A stretch of DNA of 64,000 nt from an uncultured Actinomycetota bacterium (GCA_963783935.1 CAWAPP010000007.1:1201823-1265822), one strand, 5' to 3'; shown: positions 33,199 through 43,444, counted from the stretch's first letter. A program made the numbers and translations. Notes: generated by a model from the sequence alone, not told the origin.

Positions 33199-35634
33199 CT
33201 AGGCCAGGATGCGGAGGCGCTGGGGGTCGTAGAAGGGGGGGAGCTGGAGTCGGGCCGGCCATTCGCGGGAGTCGGACCGCACTGTGAAGTTGCCCGACTT
33301 GAGCCACTCGCCCGTGACGCCGTCGGGGCACGACACTTGCGCCAGCGCGACCGGACCGCCGACCGAGTATCCGTAGGCGGCCGCCCGCACGTACCCGACA
33401 CGGGTCCCGTCGAGGAACACCGGCTCGTTGCCGAACAAGTCCGCCGTCGGATCAGGGACGAACAGCCCGACGACTCGTTGCTGCGGCGGCCCGGAGGCGC
33501 GCAAAGCGAGCAAGGCGTCAAGCCCGGTGAACCCGCCTGGCTTGTCCCAGGCGACGGTGAACCCGAGCCCAGCCGACAGCGGATCGTCGGTGTTGTCGAT
33601 GTCGATGCCCATGTCGCGGTAGCCCTTTTCCAGCCGCAGGCTGGACATGGCCGACAGGCCGACTGGCCGCAGCCCAAGGTCGGCGCCGACCGCGAAGAGA
33701 TCGTCGTAGACACCGGCCGCGTACTCGGCGGGCACGTGCAGTTCCCAGCCAAGTTCCCCCACGTACGTCACTCGCAACGCGAGCACCGGCGCGTAGCCGA
33801 CGTGGACCGGCCGGGCGGAAAGGTAAGGGAAGTCCTCAAGGTCGGCATCGGTGAGCCGGGAAATCAGCTCGCGCGACGCCGGGCCTTGCACCGTGAGCAG
33901 GGTCGTTCCCGAGGTGACGTCGGTGACCGTGACCGCCTCGCCGGCGCGGGTCTCGCGGCGGATCAGCGGCTCGACCCGGCGGTGAATGATGTCACTGGCG
34001 ACGACCATGAACCGCTCCTGCGGCAGGCGGGTCACGGTGAGGTCGGCCACGATCCCCCCGGCGCGATTCAGCCACGGTGTGTAGACGATCCGGCCGAGCT
34101 CGCGGGCCACGTCGTTCGCCGACAGCCGGTTAAGCACGGCGGCGGCGTCGGGACCGGCCACGATGAACTTCGCCATCAGGCTCATGTCGATCACGCCGAC
34201 GGCCTCGCGGATCGCGGCGTGCTCCTGCCGCACGAGGTCGAACGAGCCAGGGCGCGCGAAGTTCAGCGCGGTCGGTGCGTCGCCGAACCACTCCGCGAAC
34301 TCCCAGCCGGCGGACACCCCGAAGTGCGCCCCGGCCGCCGCGAGCCGGTCGTGCAGCACGGACCGGCGCACGTTCCTGGCCGTCTTCGGCTGCCACGATG
34401 GCCAGACCGCGTCCCCGAACAGCACCCCGAGCTGCTCCACCGTCCGCTCGGACCTGAACTTCCGCGAGGTCTCATACAGCGCCGTCCGGTCGATCGCGAC
34501 CGGGGTGGCGTCGACCGGGGGGACGCCGTCGACGATCCAGTGGGCGATCAGGTTGCCGACCCCGCCGCCGGACAGGATGCCGAGCGAGTTGAGGCCGGCC
34601 GCGACCCAGTAACCGTCAAGCTCGGGCGCGGGGCCGAGCAGCGGCCTGACATCAGTGGTGAACGACTCGGGACCGCAGAAGAACGTCCGCACCCCGGTGT
34701 CGGCCAGCGAAGGGATCCGCTCCATCGCGCGAGCCAGATAGGGTTCCATCCGCTCCCAGTCAGGAGGCAGCTTGCCGAAGGCGAACTCGCGGGCCACACC
34801 ATCAAGCGACCAAGGGGCCCCGACGGGCTCGAAGAGCCCTACGAGCATGCCGTCGCCTTCTGGACGGTAATAGCCGTAGCTATCGGGATCCTCGATCACC
34901 GGGAGGTCGACGTCCATCCCGGCGACCGTGTCGGTCAGCAGGTAGTAGTGCTCGGCCGCCTGGAGCGGCACGTGCACCCCGGCGAGGGCACCGAACTGGC
35001 GCGCCCACATGCCGCAGGAGTTGACCACGATCTCGGTCTCGACGTCGCCCTGCTCAGTGGTGACCGCAGTCACTCGGCCTCGGGCGGTCTTTACCCCTGT
35101 GGCGGCCACCCCCTCGACCACCCGCACTCCGAGTTGCCGCGCTCCCTTGGCCAGCGACGTCGCCACGCCGACCGGATCGGCCCGGCCCTCATCGGCCACG
35201 TAGAAGGCCGACAGCACGTCGCTGGTCTTCGCGAGTGGCCACAATTCGGCCAGTTCACGCGGCGAGATCTCCACGTCCTGCACCCCGAACCCGTGCATCC
35301 AGGCGGCTTCGCGCCGCAGCGCGGCCTGCCGCTCCGGGTCAGTAGCCAGCGAGATGTGCCCGACGGCGCGGAATCCGGTGGAGTGCCCGGTCTCCTCTTC
35401 CAGGCGGGCGTACAGGTCGCGCGAATACCGGCTGAAGAACAGCGCGGTCTCGTCGGTCATCCCGGCCGAGGTGATCAGCCCGGCCGCGTGCCAGGTGGTC
35501 CCGGCCGTGAGCTGGTGCTGCTCGAGCAGCACGACATCGGTCCAGCCAAGATGCGCCAGGTGATAGGCAATGCTGCACCCGATCACCCCGCCGCCGACAA
35601 TCACAACCTGTGCCCTAGCGGGCAGTTCGCTCAC
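33199..35634 (-). CDS. FAD-dependent oxidoreductase fused to GcvT-like folate-binding domain (dimethylglycine/sarcosine dehydrogenase family)
   Basis: N-terminal VVIVGGGVIGCSIAYHLAHLG..TTWHAAGL (DAO). C-terminal aminomethyltransferase fold (VTYVGELGWELHVPAEY). 811 aa. Confidence 0.9.
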   Translation of the reverse strand: MSELPARAQVVIVGGGVIGCSIAYHLAHLGWTDVVLLEQHQLTAGTTWHAAGLITSAGMTDETALFFSRYSRDLYARLEEETGHSTGFRAVGHISLATDPERQAALRREAAWMHGFGVQDVEISPRELAELWPLAKTSDVLSAFYVADEGRADPVGVATSLAKGARQLGVRVVEGVAATGVKTARGRVTAVTTEQGDVETEIVVNSCGMWARQFGALAGVHVPLQAAEHYYLLTDTVAGMDVDLPVIEDPDSYGYYRPEGDGMLVGLFEPVGAPWSLDGVAREFAFGKLPPDWERMEPYLARAMERIPSLADTGVRTFFCGPESFTTDVRPLLGPAPELDGYWVAAGLNSLGILSGGGVGNLIAHWIVDGVPPVDATPVAIDRTALYETSRKFRSERTVEQLGVLFGDAVWPSWQPKTARNVRRSVLHDRLAAAGAHFGVSAGWEFAEWFGDAPTALNFARPGSFDLVRQEHAAIREAVGVIDMSLMAKFIVAGPDAAAVLNRLSANDVARELGRIVYTPWLNRAGGIVADLTVTRLPQERFMVVASDIIHRRVEPLIRRETRAGEAVTVTDVTSGTTLLTVQGPASRELISRLTDADLEDFPYLSARPVHVGYAPVLALRVTYVGELGWELHVPAEYAAGVYDDLFAVGADLGLRPVGLSAMSSLRLEKGYRDMGIDIDNTDDPLSAGLGFTVAWDKPGGFTGLDALLALRASGPPQQRVVGLFVPDPTADLFGNEPVFLDGTRVGYVRAAAYGYSVGGPVALAQVSCPDGVTGEWLKSGNFTVRSDSREWPARLQLPPFYDPQRLRILA

Positions 35635-35636
35635 GC

Positions 35637-36575
35637 TCAGGTTCCGGCGATAGTGGTCAGCGCGTCGGTACTCGTGCCGCGCTCGCCCCTGGTCATCAGC
35701 CGGAAGCCGAAGTAGCCGAGGATCGCGATGATGAACGAGAGGAGCAGCATGATCGTGCCGAGCGCGTTGAGAGCCGGGCCGCCATTGCCGCCCCGCTGGG
35801 TGCTGTAGATGTACACCGACATCGGCGTGTTCCCGGCCGTGTTGCTGAGCAGGTCGACGATCACGAAGTCGTCGATGACGGACGAGAACACCAGGATGGC
35901 GCTGGCGAAGATCGCCGGCGACAGCAGCGGCAGCCAGACCCGGTACATCGTCTGGAACGGATTGCAGCCAAGATCCGCCGCCGCCTCTGAGTACGAGTCA
36001 CCGATGGTCGAAAGGCGCGCTTGCACGATGATCGCCGGCCAGGAGACGTTCCAGGTCACCAGGGCCAGAGTCTCGGCCAGGGTGCCGAGGCCCACGCCGC
36101 TGAACAACGTGGTGAACACGAAGAACATCGCCACGCCGAAGATCAGCTCGGGGATCACGAACGACAGCAGCATCACGAAGTTGAACGACGCCGAGGTCCG
36201 CGTGCGCCAGCGGTGAATGCCGAGCGCGAACAGCACGCCGATCGGGACCGCGATCAGCGTGGTATACGCGGACAGCTTGAGCGTCTGGAGCACGGCGAGC
36301 TGGAGCACGTTGCTGTGCGCGATCGAGTTGACCGGGTCGGTGAAGTACCAGCGCCAGGAGAAGCCCTGCCAGACCGCCTGCGATTTGCCGCTGTTGAAGG
36401 AGAACAGCACGGCGAGCACGATCGGCACCAGCGACCAGACCAGGTACAGCCAGGTGAAGCCCTCAAGGAACCAGGGATGCCGCCACGGGTTCGGCTTGAA
36501 CCAGGGCCGGCGCGGGCTGCTCGTGGCGCTGGCGGCCGCGGCCGCTCTCCTGGCCGAAGTGGTCGCCGTGGTCAT
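35637..36575 (-). CDS. ABC transporter permease (PotC-like)
   Basis: Six TM segments and EAA loop EAAADLGCNPFQTMYRVWLPLLSP. 4-nt overlap with the upstream permease gene. Confidence 0.9.
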   Translation of the reverse strand: MTTATTSARRAAAAASATSSPRRPWFKPNPWRHPWFLEGFTWLYLVWSLVPIVLAVLFSFNSGKSQAVWQGFSWRWYFTDPVNSIAHSNVLQLAVLQTLKLSAYTTLIAVPIGVLFALGIHRWRTRTSASFNFVMLLSFVIPELIFGVAMFFVFTTLFSGVGLGTLAETLALVTWNVSWPAIIVQARLSTIGDSYSEAAADLGCNPFQTMYRVWLPLLSPAIFASAILVFSSVIDDFVIVDLLSNTAGNTPMSVYIYSTQRGGNGGPALNALGTIMLLLSFIIAILGYFGFRLMTRGERGTSTDALTTIAGT

Positions 36576-37528
36576 GACGCCTCCCTGGCTGACTTGGCCG
36601 TGGCCCTGACGTAGTAGACCATCGGGACGACCAGCACGACGAGCAGCAGCAGCGAGAGCACCGCGCCCTGGCCTTCGAATCCGTTGGTGCCGAGCTGGTT
36701 CTGGATGACGTTGCCGATCATCGCGGTGCCCGGCGTCGCGGACAGCAGCTGGTTGGTGAAGTAGTCGCCGAGCATGGGCAGCACGGTAATCAGCAGGCCG
36801 GTCAGGATCGGCTGCCTGGAAAGCGGCATCGTGATCTTGAGGAACGTTCTCGCCCGGCCGAGGCCGAGGTCGCGCCCGGCTTCGAGCAGGGAGCCGTCGA
36901 TCCGGTCAAGGCCCGCGTAGAGCACCAGGATGATGTAAGGGATGTACCCGTAGACGAGCCCGAGCACGACGGTGAACCAGTGACCGCCGAGCCAGTTGGT
37001 ATCGCTCGGCAGGTGCAGCCAGCCAAGCGCCTTGTTCAGGTAGCCGTTGGTCTGGAGCAGGCCGATCCAGGCCAGCATGCGCATCATGTAGCTGATCCAG
37101 AACGGGGCGATGAGCAGCACGAGGAACAGCGCCTTGCGGCGCCCGGCGAACCTGGCCACGAAGTAGGCCGCCGGATAGCCGATGACCAGGCAAAGCGCCG
37201 AGGCTACGGCCGTGTACCAGACGGTGCGCCAGATGATCGGCAGTTCGAACCCGGTCGCGCCGAAGATGCCGCGCCAGGTATCGACGAGGTTCGCGTGCGA
37301 CCAGTTGAGCGGGTTGTAGACCGCGACCGGCGAGCCGGTCAGGAAGTCGAGGCGGCCGCCGGCGATCGCGAGCACGTCGTAAAACGGCACGATGAAAAGG
37401 ACCGTGAGCCAGACGATGCCCGGCGCGGCGAGCAGGAAGTAGAACAGCCGGTTGTGCTGCGTTTTCTCGGTGCGCCTGTCGCCCTTGTCCCGCTGGCCGC
37501 CGAAGCGCAGGGCCGTTGGAGCCGCCAT
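36572..37528 (-). CDS. ABC transporter permease (PotB-like)
   Basis: EAA loop LEAGRDLGLGRARTFLKITMPLS; polytopic. Confidence 0.9.
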   Translation of the reverse strand: MAAPTALRFGGQRDKGDRRTEKTQHNRLFYFLLAAPGIVWLTVLFIVPFYDVLAIAGGRLDFLTGSPVAVYNPLNWSHANLVDTWRGIFGATGFELPIIWRTVWYTAVASALCLVIGYPAAYFVARFAGRRKALFLVLLIAPFWISYMMRMLAWIGLLQTNGYLNKALGWLHLPSDTNWLGGHWFTVVLGLVYGYIPYIILVLYAGLDRIDGSLLEAGRDLGLGRARTFLKITMPLSRQPILTGLLITVLPMLGDYFTNQLLSATPGTAMIGNVIQNQLGTNGFEGQGAVLSLLLLVVLVVPMVYYVRATAKSAREAS

Positions 37529-37541
37529 CGTCCGCCTCCTG

Positions 37542-38888
37542 TCAGAGCCCGAGGCCCACGGTTTGCCAGACCTGCTGCCAGGCCAGGTCCGTTTCGACCG
37601 GTAGCTGAAGCTCCCACAGGCCGGTCTTCAGCGTCTTTTCGTGAACCACGGTCGAGGTCAGCGCCTCGGGCAGGATCTTCTCGTGCACTAGCCGGTCCTC
37701 GGTGACGCCGTAGACCGGCTGCATGTAGCCGTTGTAGCTGATGTTGACCAGGGCGTTGTCGAGATCCTGCAGGTAGTTGAGGAACAGGTGCGCCAGCACC
37801 GGGTTCTGGGCGCCGCGCAGGACCGTGTTGGTGTCGTTGGCGACCGGGCCCTTGCCGTCAGCGGGGAACCAGTAACCCACGACGTCGACCGGCACGCCCT
37901 TCGGCATGTACTGCCCGGCCGCGGCCATGTCACCGGACCAGGAGTGGTGTATCCACATCTGGCCGGAGGGGATCTCGGTGTAGTCGTTGTTGTCGATGTG
38001 CACGTTGGTGAGCTTGACCAGGTCCTGCAGCGAATGCTGGGCGATGGCCAGCTGGGTGGTTGACGTCGTGTTGAGGTCGTAGATGCCGTTCTTCATCAGG
38101 GCCAGGCTCGGTGACTCCCGGTAGTCGTCGAGGATCGCGACCTTGCCCGCGTACTTGCCCTGCCAGGGGAACTGATAGCCGTTCACCCAGCTCGCCGGGC
38201 TGTCGGGGATGTGGTCTTTGCGCCAGGAGATCCCGGTCGTGTAGATCGTGTAAGGGACCGTGTACTGCCAGTGCTGGTCGTAGAACGGGTTCTGGTACTC
38301 GCGCCAGGCCTGGTTGACGATGTTCGGCAGGTAACTGTGGTTGATCGGCTGGATGAGCTTCTCCGCGACGGCCTTGCCGATCACGTCGGCGGTGACGCCC
38401 ATGAAGACGTCGAAGTTGACCTGCTTGCTGCTGAGCTTGGCCAGCGCCTCGGTCATCGTGTTGAAGGTGGTGACCTCGACCTGGCAGTTGTACTTCTTGC
38501 TGAAGTTCTTCACGCTCTGCGGGTTCAGGTAGGCGACCCAGTTGTAAATCTTGAGCGTGGCGTTCTTTTCCGGGAGCAGGCCGCTCTTGATCGGCTTGTT
38601 GTCGGCGTAGATCGGCCAGGTCACCGGGTTGTTCGGCCGCGGCAGCGGCAGCGGCTTGCCGACCGGCCCGGTAGCCAGGGCGCTGCTGCAGGCCTCGAGG
38701 AGGGAACCGGCACCCCCGGCCGCGAGCAGGGCGGCCCCGGCTCCGGCGCCGCGCTGGAACAAGGCGCGGCGCGAAAGCGCCCTGTCAGCGTCACCGGGGC
38801 GCGTGACTCCTGGGATCGGCGGCCGCCCGTCGCGCCAGCCTTCCTTCGGATGCATGATGGGCCACCCCTCGCTACCTCGCTGAACCAT
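37542..38888 (-). CDS. extracellular solute-binding protein, PotD/PotF (polyamine)-like, Tat signal
   Basis: SRRALFQRGAGAGAALLAAGGAGSLLEAC (twin-Arg plus lipobox-like Cys). PotD-like core (LKIYNWVAYL.., YTVPYTIYTTGISWRKD). Alternative start at ATG 38855. Confidence 0.85.
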   Translation of the reverse strand: MVQRGSEGWPIMHPKEGWRDGRPPIPGVTRPGDADRALSRRALFQRGAGAGAALLAAGGAGSLLEACSSALATGPVGKPLPLPRPNNPVTWPIYADNKPIKSGLLPEKNATLKIYNWVAYLNPQSVKNFSKKYNCQVEVTTFNTMTEALAKLSSKQVNFDVFMGVTADVIGKAVAEKLIQPINHSYLPNIVNQAWREYQNPFYDQHWQYTVPYTIYTTGISWRKDHIPDSPASWVNGYQFPWQGKYAGKVAILDDYRESPSLALMKNGIYDLNTTSTTQLAIAQHSLQDLVKLTNVHIDNNDYTEIPSGQMWIHHSWSGDMAAAGQYMPKGVPVDVVGYWFPADGKGPVANDTNTVLRGAQNPVLAHLFLNYLQDLDNALVNISYNGYMQPVYGVTEDRLVHEKILPEALTSTVVHEKTLKTGLWELQLPVETDLAWQQVWQTVGLGL

Positions 38889-38946
38889 CCTTCAATTTTG
38901 TCTCACTTCATTACTACTATGTCGGCGCGGAGGCAAGGTCAGCAGG

Positions 38947-40191
38947 TCAGCGACTTCGGTTGAGTTGTTGCACCACCGAGTGCCACTCCTGATTCCACAA
39001 GGCCTGCGCGCCGATCTGAAGCTGAAGTTCCTTCAGGCCGCGGTAGAAGTAGTTCTCCAGCACCGTCGCGGTGATCAGCGCCGAAGGTATGGCCCCTTCG
39101 TGGATCAGCCGCTCAGGGGTCATCCAGGTCAACGGCTGCATGAAGCCGGTGTCGCGGACATTGTTCACCGCGGTTCGCTTGCCGAGCAGGAAGTTCACGA
39201 ACAAGTGGGCTAGCACCGGGTTGCGCGCGTAACGGGGGATCGTCATGGTGTCGTTGGCGACCGGTCCGGCCCCGTTCGGCGGGAACCAGTAGCCGAGCAC
39301 GTCGCCAGACGTCCCGGGGGGCAGGTACTTGGCTGCTCCTGCGACTTGCCCGGACCAGGCATGGGCCATCGCTACCTTTCCGGTGCCCAGTTGCCGGTAC
39401 GCGGTATTGGACAGCGAGGGACGCACCAGCCCCGCCAGTTCTGACAAAGCGCTGCCGGCCGCGTCGATCAGTCTCGGGTCGGGAGTTTCCAGGTCGGTGG
39501 CACCGGTCTTGAGCAGGCCCAGGCTGATGCCCTCGCGGTAGTTGTTCAGCAGCGAGACCTTGCCGTGGTACTTGGCGTTCCACAGCACGTCCCAGCCGTT
39601 GGCCAGGGCGAACGGGTTCGCGTCGATGAGGTCCTTACGCCAGCCGATGCCGGTCGTGTAGATCGTGTAGGGGACGGTGTACTGCCAGTTCTGGTCGTAG
39701 TACGGGTTGGTGTACTGCGGCCAGACCGCGCCGATGTTCGTGATGTAGTCGTGGTTGACCGGCTGGAGCAGCTTGCCGTCGATGAACGAGCTGAGCGCAT
39801 CGATGGTGGCGCCGAGCAGAACGTCGACCTGGGAGCCATTGCGGGCCAACGTGGCGATGGCCTCACTCATGGACTCGAAGGTGCGCAGTTCTACCTGGCA
39901 CTTGAACTTGTGCCCGAAGTCGTTCAGGGTGTTGATCCCGACCCGTCCAGGCCAGCAGTACACCCGCAGCGTGGCATCGGCTTCCGGCCGCTGCGCCCCG
40001 GCGATCGGCAGGTTGTTCAGGTGGATCGGCCAGAGCACCGGGTTGACCGGTGTCGGCGGCGTACCCTGAAACAGAAGTTTCGCCTTGACTTCCCCGGCCC
40101 CGCATCCGGACAGGAGCCCGCCAGCCGCCACTGCGGCGGCCCCGGCTCCGGCCGCGGCCAGGAAACCTCGCCTGCTTGTGCCAGCCTTCAC
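38947..40191 (-). CDS. second PotD/PotF-like extracellular solute-binding protein, Tat/lipoprotein signal
   Basis: MKAGTSRRGFLAAAGAGAAAVAAGGLLSGC. Paralogous to 37542..38888 (YTVPYTIYTTGIGWRKD). Confidence 0.9.
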   Translation of the reverse strand: MKAGTSRRGFLAAAGAGAAAVAAGGLLSGCGAGEVKAKLLFQGTPPTPVNPVLWPIHLNNLPIAGAQRPEADATLRVYCWPGRVGINTLNDFGHKFKCQVELRTFESMSEAIATLARNGSQVDVLLGATIDALSSFIDGKLLQPVNHDYITNIGAVWPQYTNPYYDQNWQYTVPYTIYTTGIGWRKDLIDANPFALANGWDVLWNAKYHGKVSLLNNYREGISLGLLKTGATDLETPDPRLIDAAGSALSELAGLVRPSLSNTAYRQLGTGKVAMAHAWSGQVAGAAKYLPPGTSGDVLGYWFPPNGAGPVANDTMTIPRYARNPVLAHLFVNFLLGKRTAVNNVRDTGFMQPLTWMTPERLIHEGAIPSALITATVLENYFYRGLKELQLQIGAQALWNQEWHSVVQQLNRSR

Positions 40192-41768
40192 CCGGCGGAA
40201 TCTAGCACCTTGCCAGAGTCGGCGATGCTTGCCGCGAATCTCGCAACGTTTCCGTTAAACCGGTCGATATCAGAGGTGTCGTGCTGCACCGAGATCAGCC
40301 ACTGCTCCGACTTCCCCCACGGCGGCAGGAAGACGCCGCCATTGTGCTGGAAAAGCCAGTGCGCGTTGCTGTACTCATCGGAAATGGCGAGGAAGCCGCG
40401 GAAGTCCGTCACCGGCTCGCTGGTGAAGACGATGCAGCCCTTGGCGCCGACCGACACGACCCGCGCCGCGAGTCCGTTGGCCGCGATGGCCGCCTCGGTC
40501 GCCGTGACCGCCTGACGGCGAAGCCGCTCGATCCGCTGGTACGCCTCGGGGGTCGCTACTTCGTACAGCATCGCCCTGGTCGCTGCCATCGCCAGCGGAT
40601 TGCCGTTGAAGGTGCCCACCATCTCGTAATCGCCGTTGGCCACGTGCCCCATGACTTCCGCCGTGCCGCCGACCGCCGCGACAGAAAGGCCGCCGCCGAT
40701 CGCCTTGGCCAGGCAGATGATGTCCGGGGTAACGCCGGTCACGCCGACCGCGCCCTTCGGCCCGGCGGTCAGGCCGGTCTTGACTTCGTCGAAGGCCAGC
40801 AAGGCGCCGTGGCGGTGCAGCAGTTCCTTAAGGCCGGCGAGATAGCCGGGCTCGGGCGGGATGATTCCGGCGTTCATCATGATCGGCTCGAGGATCATGC
40901 CGGCGACCTGGCCTCTGTTTTCCTCGAGTACCCGCTCGACGGCCCCGAGATCGTTGAAGCCGACGATCAGCGTGAGGTCGGTCAGCGCGCGCGGGATGCC
41001 GGTGCTAGACGGGGCGCTGACCGGCCGGTCGGCGGGGCCCATCTCCTCGGGGTCCGGGTACACGGAGACCTGGACCGAGTCGTGGTGGCCGTGGTAACAG
41101 CCCTCGACCTTGATAATCAGGTCACGTCCGGTAATCGCCCGCATCAGGTGCACGGCGTCCATCGTCGCCTCGGTACCCGAGTTGCCGAACCGCCACAGCG
41201 GCAACTCGAACCGCTCGGCCAGCTGCCTGGCCACGGCCAGCGCGTCCCTTGTCGGCTGAGCGAAGTGAGTGCCGCTCGCGACCTGGCGCTGCACGGCTTC
41301 GACAATCGCGGGATGCGCGTGCCCGGCCAGGGAAACCCCGTAACCGCCGTGCAGGTCGACGTACTCGTTGCCGTCCACGTCATAGAGCTTGGAGCCGCGC
41401 CCGTGGCTGAGCCAGACTGGCTGCGGCCTTGAGATCTGCCAGCTCGAGGTCACGCCGCCGGCGAGGGCCGACTTGGCCGTGCTGGCCAGCCTGGCCGACT
41501 CGGGCTGGCGGCGGATGAAGATCGCCTCCTGCTCGCTGATGATGTCGGCGAGGCTCGGCCGCGGCCCGGCCATGGTCTGGCCGGCCATGGTCTGGCTGGC
41601 TCCGTGCCGGCTGCCGTCGCGCGGAGTGACGGGGCGGCCGGGGTTGGCTGGCGTCGCCGGCGGGCGCTGGGGAGCAGCGGCGGGGCGGGGCGGGGGAGCG
41701 GCGGTGGCGGAGTGGGCTGGCGACTTGCTGGACGAACTTTCGCTGGACGAGGCCTGTCTACGGGCCAT
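40188..41768 (-). CDS. class III (ornithine/GABA/GSA-type) PLP aminotransferase with Ser/Ala/Pro-rich N-terminal extension
   Basis: GNSGTEATMDAVHLMRAITGRD, LAFDEVKTG, CLAKAIGGGLSV (PLP Lys). Start set at ATG 41768 (MARRQASS..), preceded by GGGGAG. The longer listed ORF would run through the operator at 41791-41806. Confidence 0.85.
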   Translation of the reverse strand: MARRQASSSESSSSKSPAHSATAAPPPRPAAAPQRPPATPANPGRPVTPRDGSRHGASQTMAGQTMAGPRPSLADIISEQEAIFIRRQPESARLASTAKSALAGGVTSSWQISRPQPVWLSHGRGSKLYDVDGNEYVDLHGGYGVSLAGHAHPAIVEAVQRQVASGTHFAQPTRDALAVARQLAERFELPLWRFGNSGTEATMDAVHLMRAITGRDLIIKVEGCYHGHHDSVQVSVYPDPEEMGPADRPVSAPSSTGIPRALTDLTLIVGFNDLGAVERVLEENRGQVAGMILEPIMMNAGIIPPEPGYLAGLKELLHRHGALLAFDEVKTGLTAGPKGAVGVTGVTPDIICLAKAIGGGLSVAAVGGTAEVMGHVANGDYEMVGTFNGNPLAMAATRAMLYEVATPEAYQRIERLRRQAVTATEAAIAANGLAARVVSVGAKGCIVFTSEPVTDFRGFLAISDEYSNAHWLFQHNGGVFLPPWGKSEQWLISVQHDTSDIDRFNGNVARFAASIADSGKVLDSAG

Positions 41769-41790
41769 GGCTTGCTCCCCTAACGGAGTT

Positions 41791-41806
41791 GACTGAATGT
41801 TCAGTC
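41791..41806. promoter_or_regulatory. 16-bp palindromic operator GACTGAA-TG-TTCAGTC (site 2)
   Basis: Exact reverse complement of the 24060-24075 16-mer. Lies 22 nt upstream of the aminotransferase ATG and 83 nt upstream of the divergent flavodoxin-like gene. Confidence 0.6.
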
Positions 41807-41889
41807 TAAGAGGAGAGGCAGTTGGGCCGCAAGGAGCGGCGCCCAGATGAGCCCCCTGAAGCCACCGTCGCGGGTTATGCTCCGGCCTC

Positions 41890-42348
41890 ATGCGCCGGTT
41901 GCTTGTCGTTCACCACACGCCGTCCCCGGCGATGCAGGAAATGCTCGAGGCCGTGCTCAGCGGTGCGCGCAACGACGAGATCGAAGGCGTAGAAGTAGCG
42001 GTAACCCCGGCCCTGACCGCCGGCGCGGCGCAGGCCCTTGCCGCCGACGGCTACCTGCTCGGCACCCCCGCCAACATCGGCTACATGTCCGGCGCGCTCA
42101 AGCACTTCTTCGACGGCATCTATTACCCCTGCCTCGAAGCCACCAAGCGCCGCCCCTACGGCCTGTACGTACACGGCGCGAGCGACACCACCGGCGCCGT
42201 CAAAGCCGTCGAGTCAATCACGACCGGCCTGGCCTGGCGCCAGGCCAGGCCCCCGGTCCTGGTCACCGGCCCGCCCAAGCCCGCCGACCTGGAAGCCTGC
42301 TGGGAACTAGGCGCCATCCTCGCCGCCGAACTAGCGGCCGAGCCCTAA
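41890..42348 (+). CDS. flavodoxin-like fold / NAD(P)H-dependent FMN reductase-like protein
   Basis: 152 aa. MRRLLVVHHTPSP.. and GYLLGTPANIGYMSGALKHFFD fit the flavodoxin_2/FMN_red pattern. Confidence 0.7.
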   Translation: MRRLLVVHHTPSPAMQEMLEAVLSGARNDEIEGVEVAVTPALTAGAAQALAADGYLLGTPANIGYMSGALKHFFDGIYYPCLEATKRRPYGLYVHGASDTTGAVKAVESITTGLAWRQARPPVLVTGPPKPADLEACWELGAILAAELAAEP

Positions 42349-43440
42349 GCCGATTCTCGTGCCGGGTGCTCGGCTGGACAAAATGCCCATAGTGTCGACC
42401 ATAGGCGCAACGATGTCCCACCGATACTGCTCGCCGAGCCCGACTAACCGCAACGATGTCCCATGGGTGTGGCTGTGGCGGGTGGAGGTGGTCAGGCGGC
42501 GAGGGCAGGCGTACTAGCTTCGGCGGGTTGTGCGGCTGGTGTTTCGCGTGTGGCTGGAGCGGCAGGTGAGATCCAGTCCTGGCTAGCGGTTCCATGATCG
42601 TGGAAACCCCGAATGGCGGGCCATCTGAGGTTTCCACAATCATGGAACCTCCACCCAGAAGAGCCACGCCTATGTCCCATCGATGCTGCGGGCACAGCAT
42701 CGGTGGCTCTGGCGCATATAACGTGATGGTAACGGTGAGGGCGGGGGCTGATGGGCTGATGCTTGGAGGTCAGGACTTGTCACGGGGTGGCGGGGCGCTG
42801 ATCCGGCTGACGGCAGCCGCCCCGGCAACCGCAAGGCCGGCCGGGCGCCGATCCCGCTTGCCGCAGCCGCCCCTGGCAACCCGCAAGACCGACAATTCGC
42901 CCGAGCCGGCCGGCCGCCAGGGCACGCGAGCCGCTGCGGCGGTCGCGAACTGGCCGGCGACACCGGCTGACCGGACATTTCAGCTCACCTCACCGCAACG
43001 ATGGCCCAGCGATGCTGTCCGGCGGCGACGGCCAACCGCAACTATGGGCCATCGTTGCTGCGGCAACGACATCCATGGGCCGTCGTTGTGGTTGCCCGGC
43101 CGGGCTGAGCAGCATCGATGGCCCATCGTTGCGGTTGCGGTTGCGGTTGCGGTTGCGGTTGCGGTCCCGGGCCTGGCGGCCAGGTGCCCTGGTGAGTCAA
43201 GAGCCGGGGACCCGGACGGCGGGCACCCGGATCCGGGAGCGGAAAGAGCCGGGAACCGGGTCGCCAGGAACGACGCTGCCGCACCTAACGCCGTTACCTT
43301 CACGTTATGTGTGCCAGAGCCGCATCGATGGGCCATGGTTGTCGTTCGCCCGGCCCGCTGAACAGCAACGATGGCCCAGCGATGATGTTGATCAACTTCG
43401 CCCGCGCAGCCAGAATGGGGCCGCGCCGATGTGGGGAGCG
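42349..43440. repeat. intergenic repeat cluster R5
   Basis: GCAACGATGG-type palindromes (42395-42470, 42985-43125, 43310-43385). Hairpin element copy A (42530-42649). Hexamer GTTGCG x6 (43128-43163). All ORFs overlap each other and read as junk. Confidence 0.8.
42530..42649 (-). mobile_element. ~120-bp palindromic element, copy A (hairpin GGTTCCATGATCGTGGAAACC..GGTTTCCACAATCATGGAACC plus ~60-bp tail)
   Basis: 61-bp hairpin at 42589-42649. The tail 42530-42588 is the reverse complement of the tails of copies B and C (..GGATCTCACC.GCC.CT.CAGCC.CACG.G.AACACC.GCCGCAC). Confidence 0.6.
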
Positions 43441-43444
43441 GGTG

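Noticed and set aside
33145-35715. 856-aa + strand ORF, the second-longest in the track
   Set aside because: It is exactly antisense to the well-supported 811-aa FAD/GcvT dehydrogenase gene. Its translation is Arg/Pro/Gly/His-rich with no recognisable motif, the typical shadow ORF of high-G+C DNA.
41769-41891. Longer N-terminus (start 41891) for the aminotransferase; similarly 24069 for the oxidoreductase, 46469 for the methyltransferase, 45402 for the membrane protein and 11782 for the M28-like gene
   Set aside because: The extensions are Arg/Pro-rich. They run through the operator or hairpin or overlap the preceding gene, and internal starts with SD sequences or stop-start overlaps fit better.
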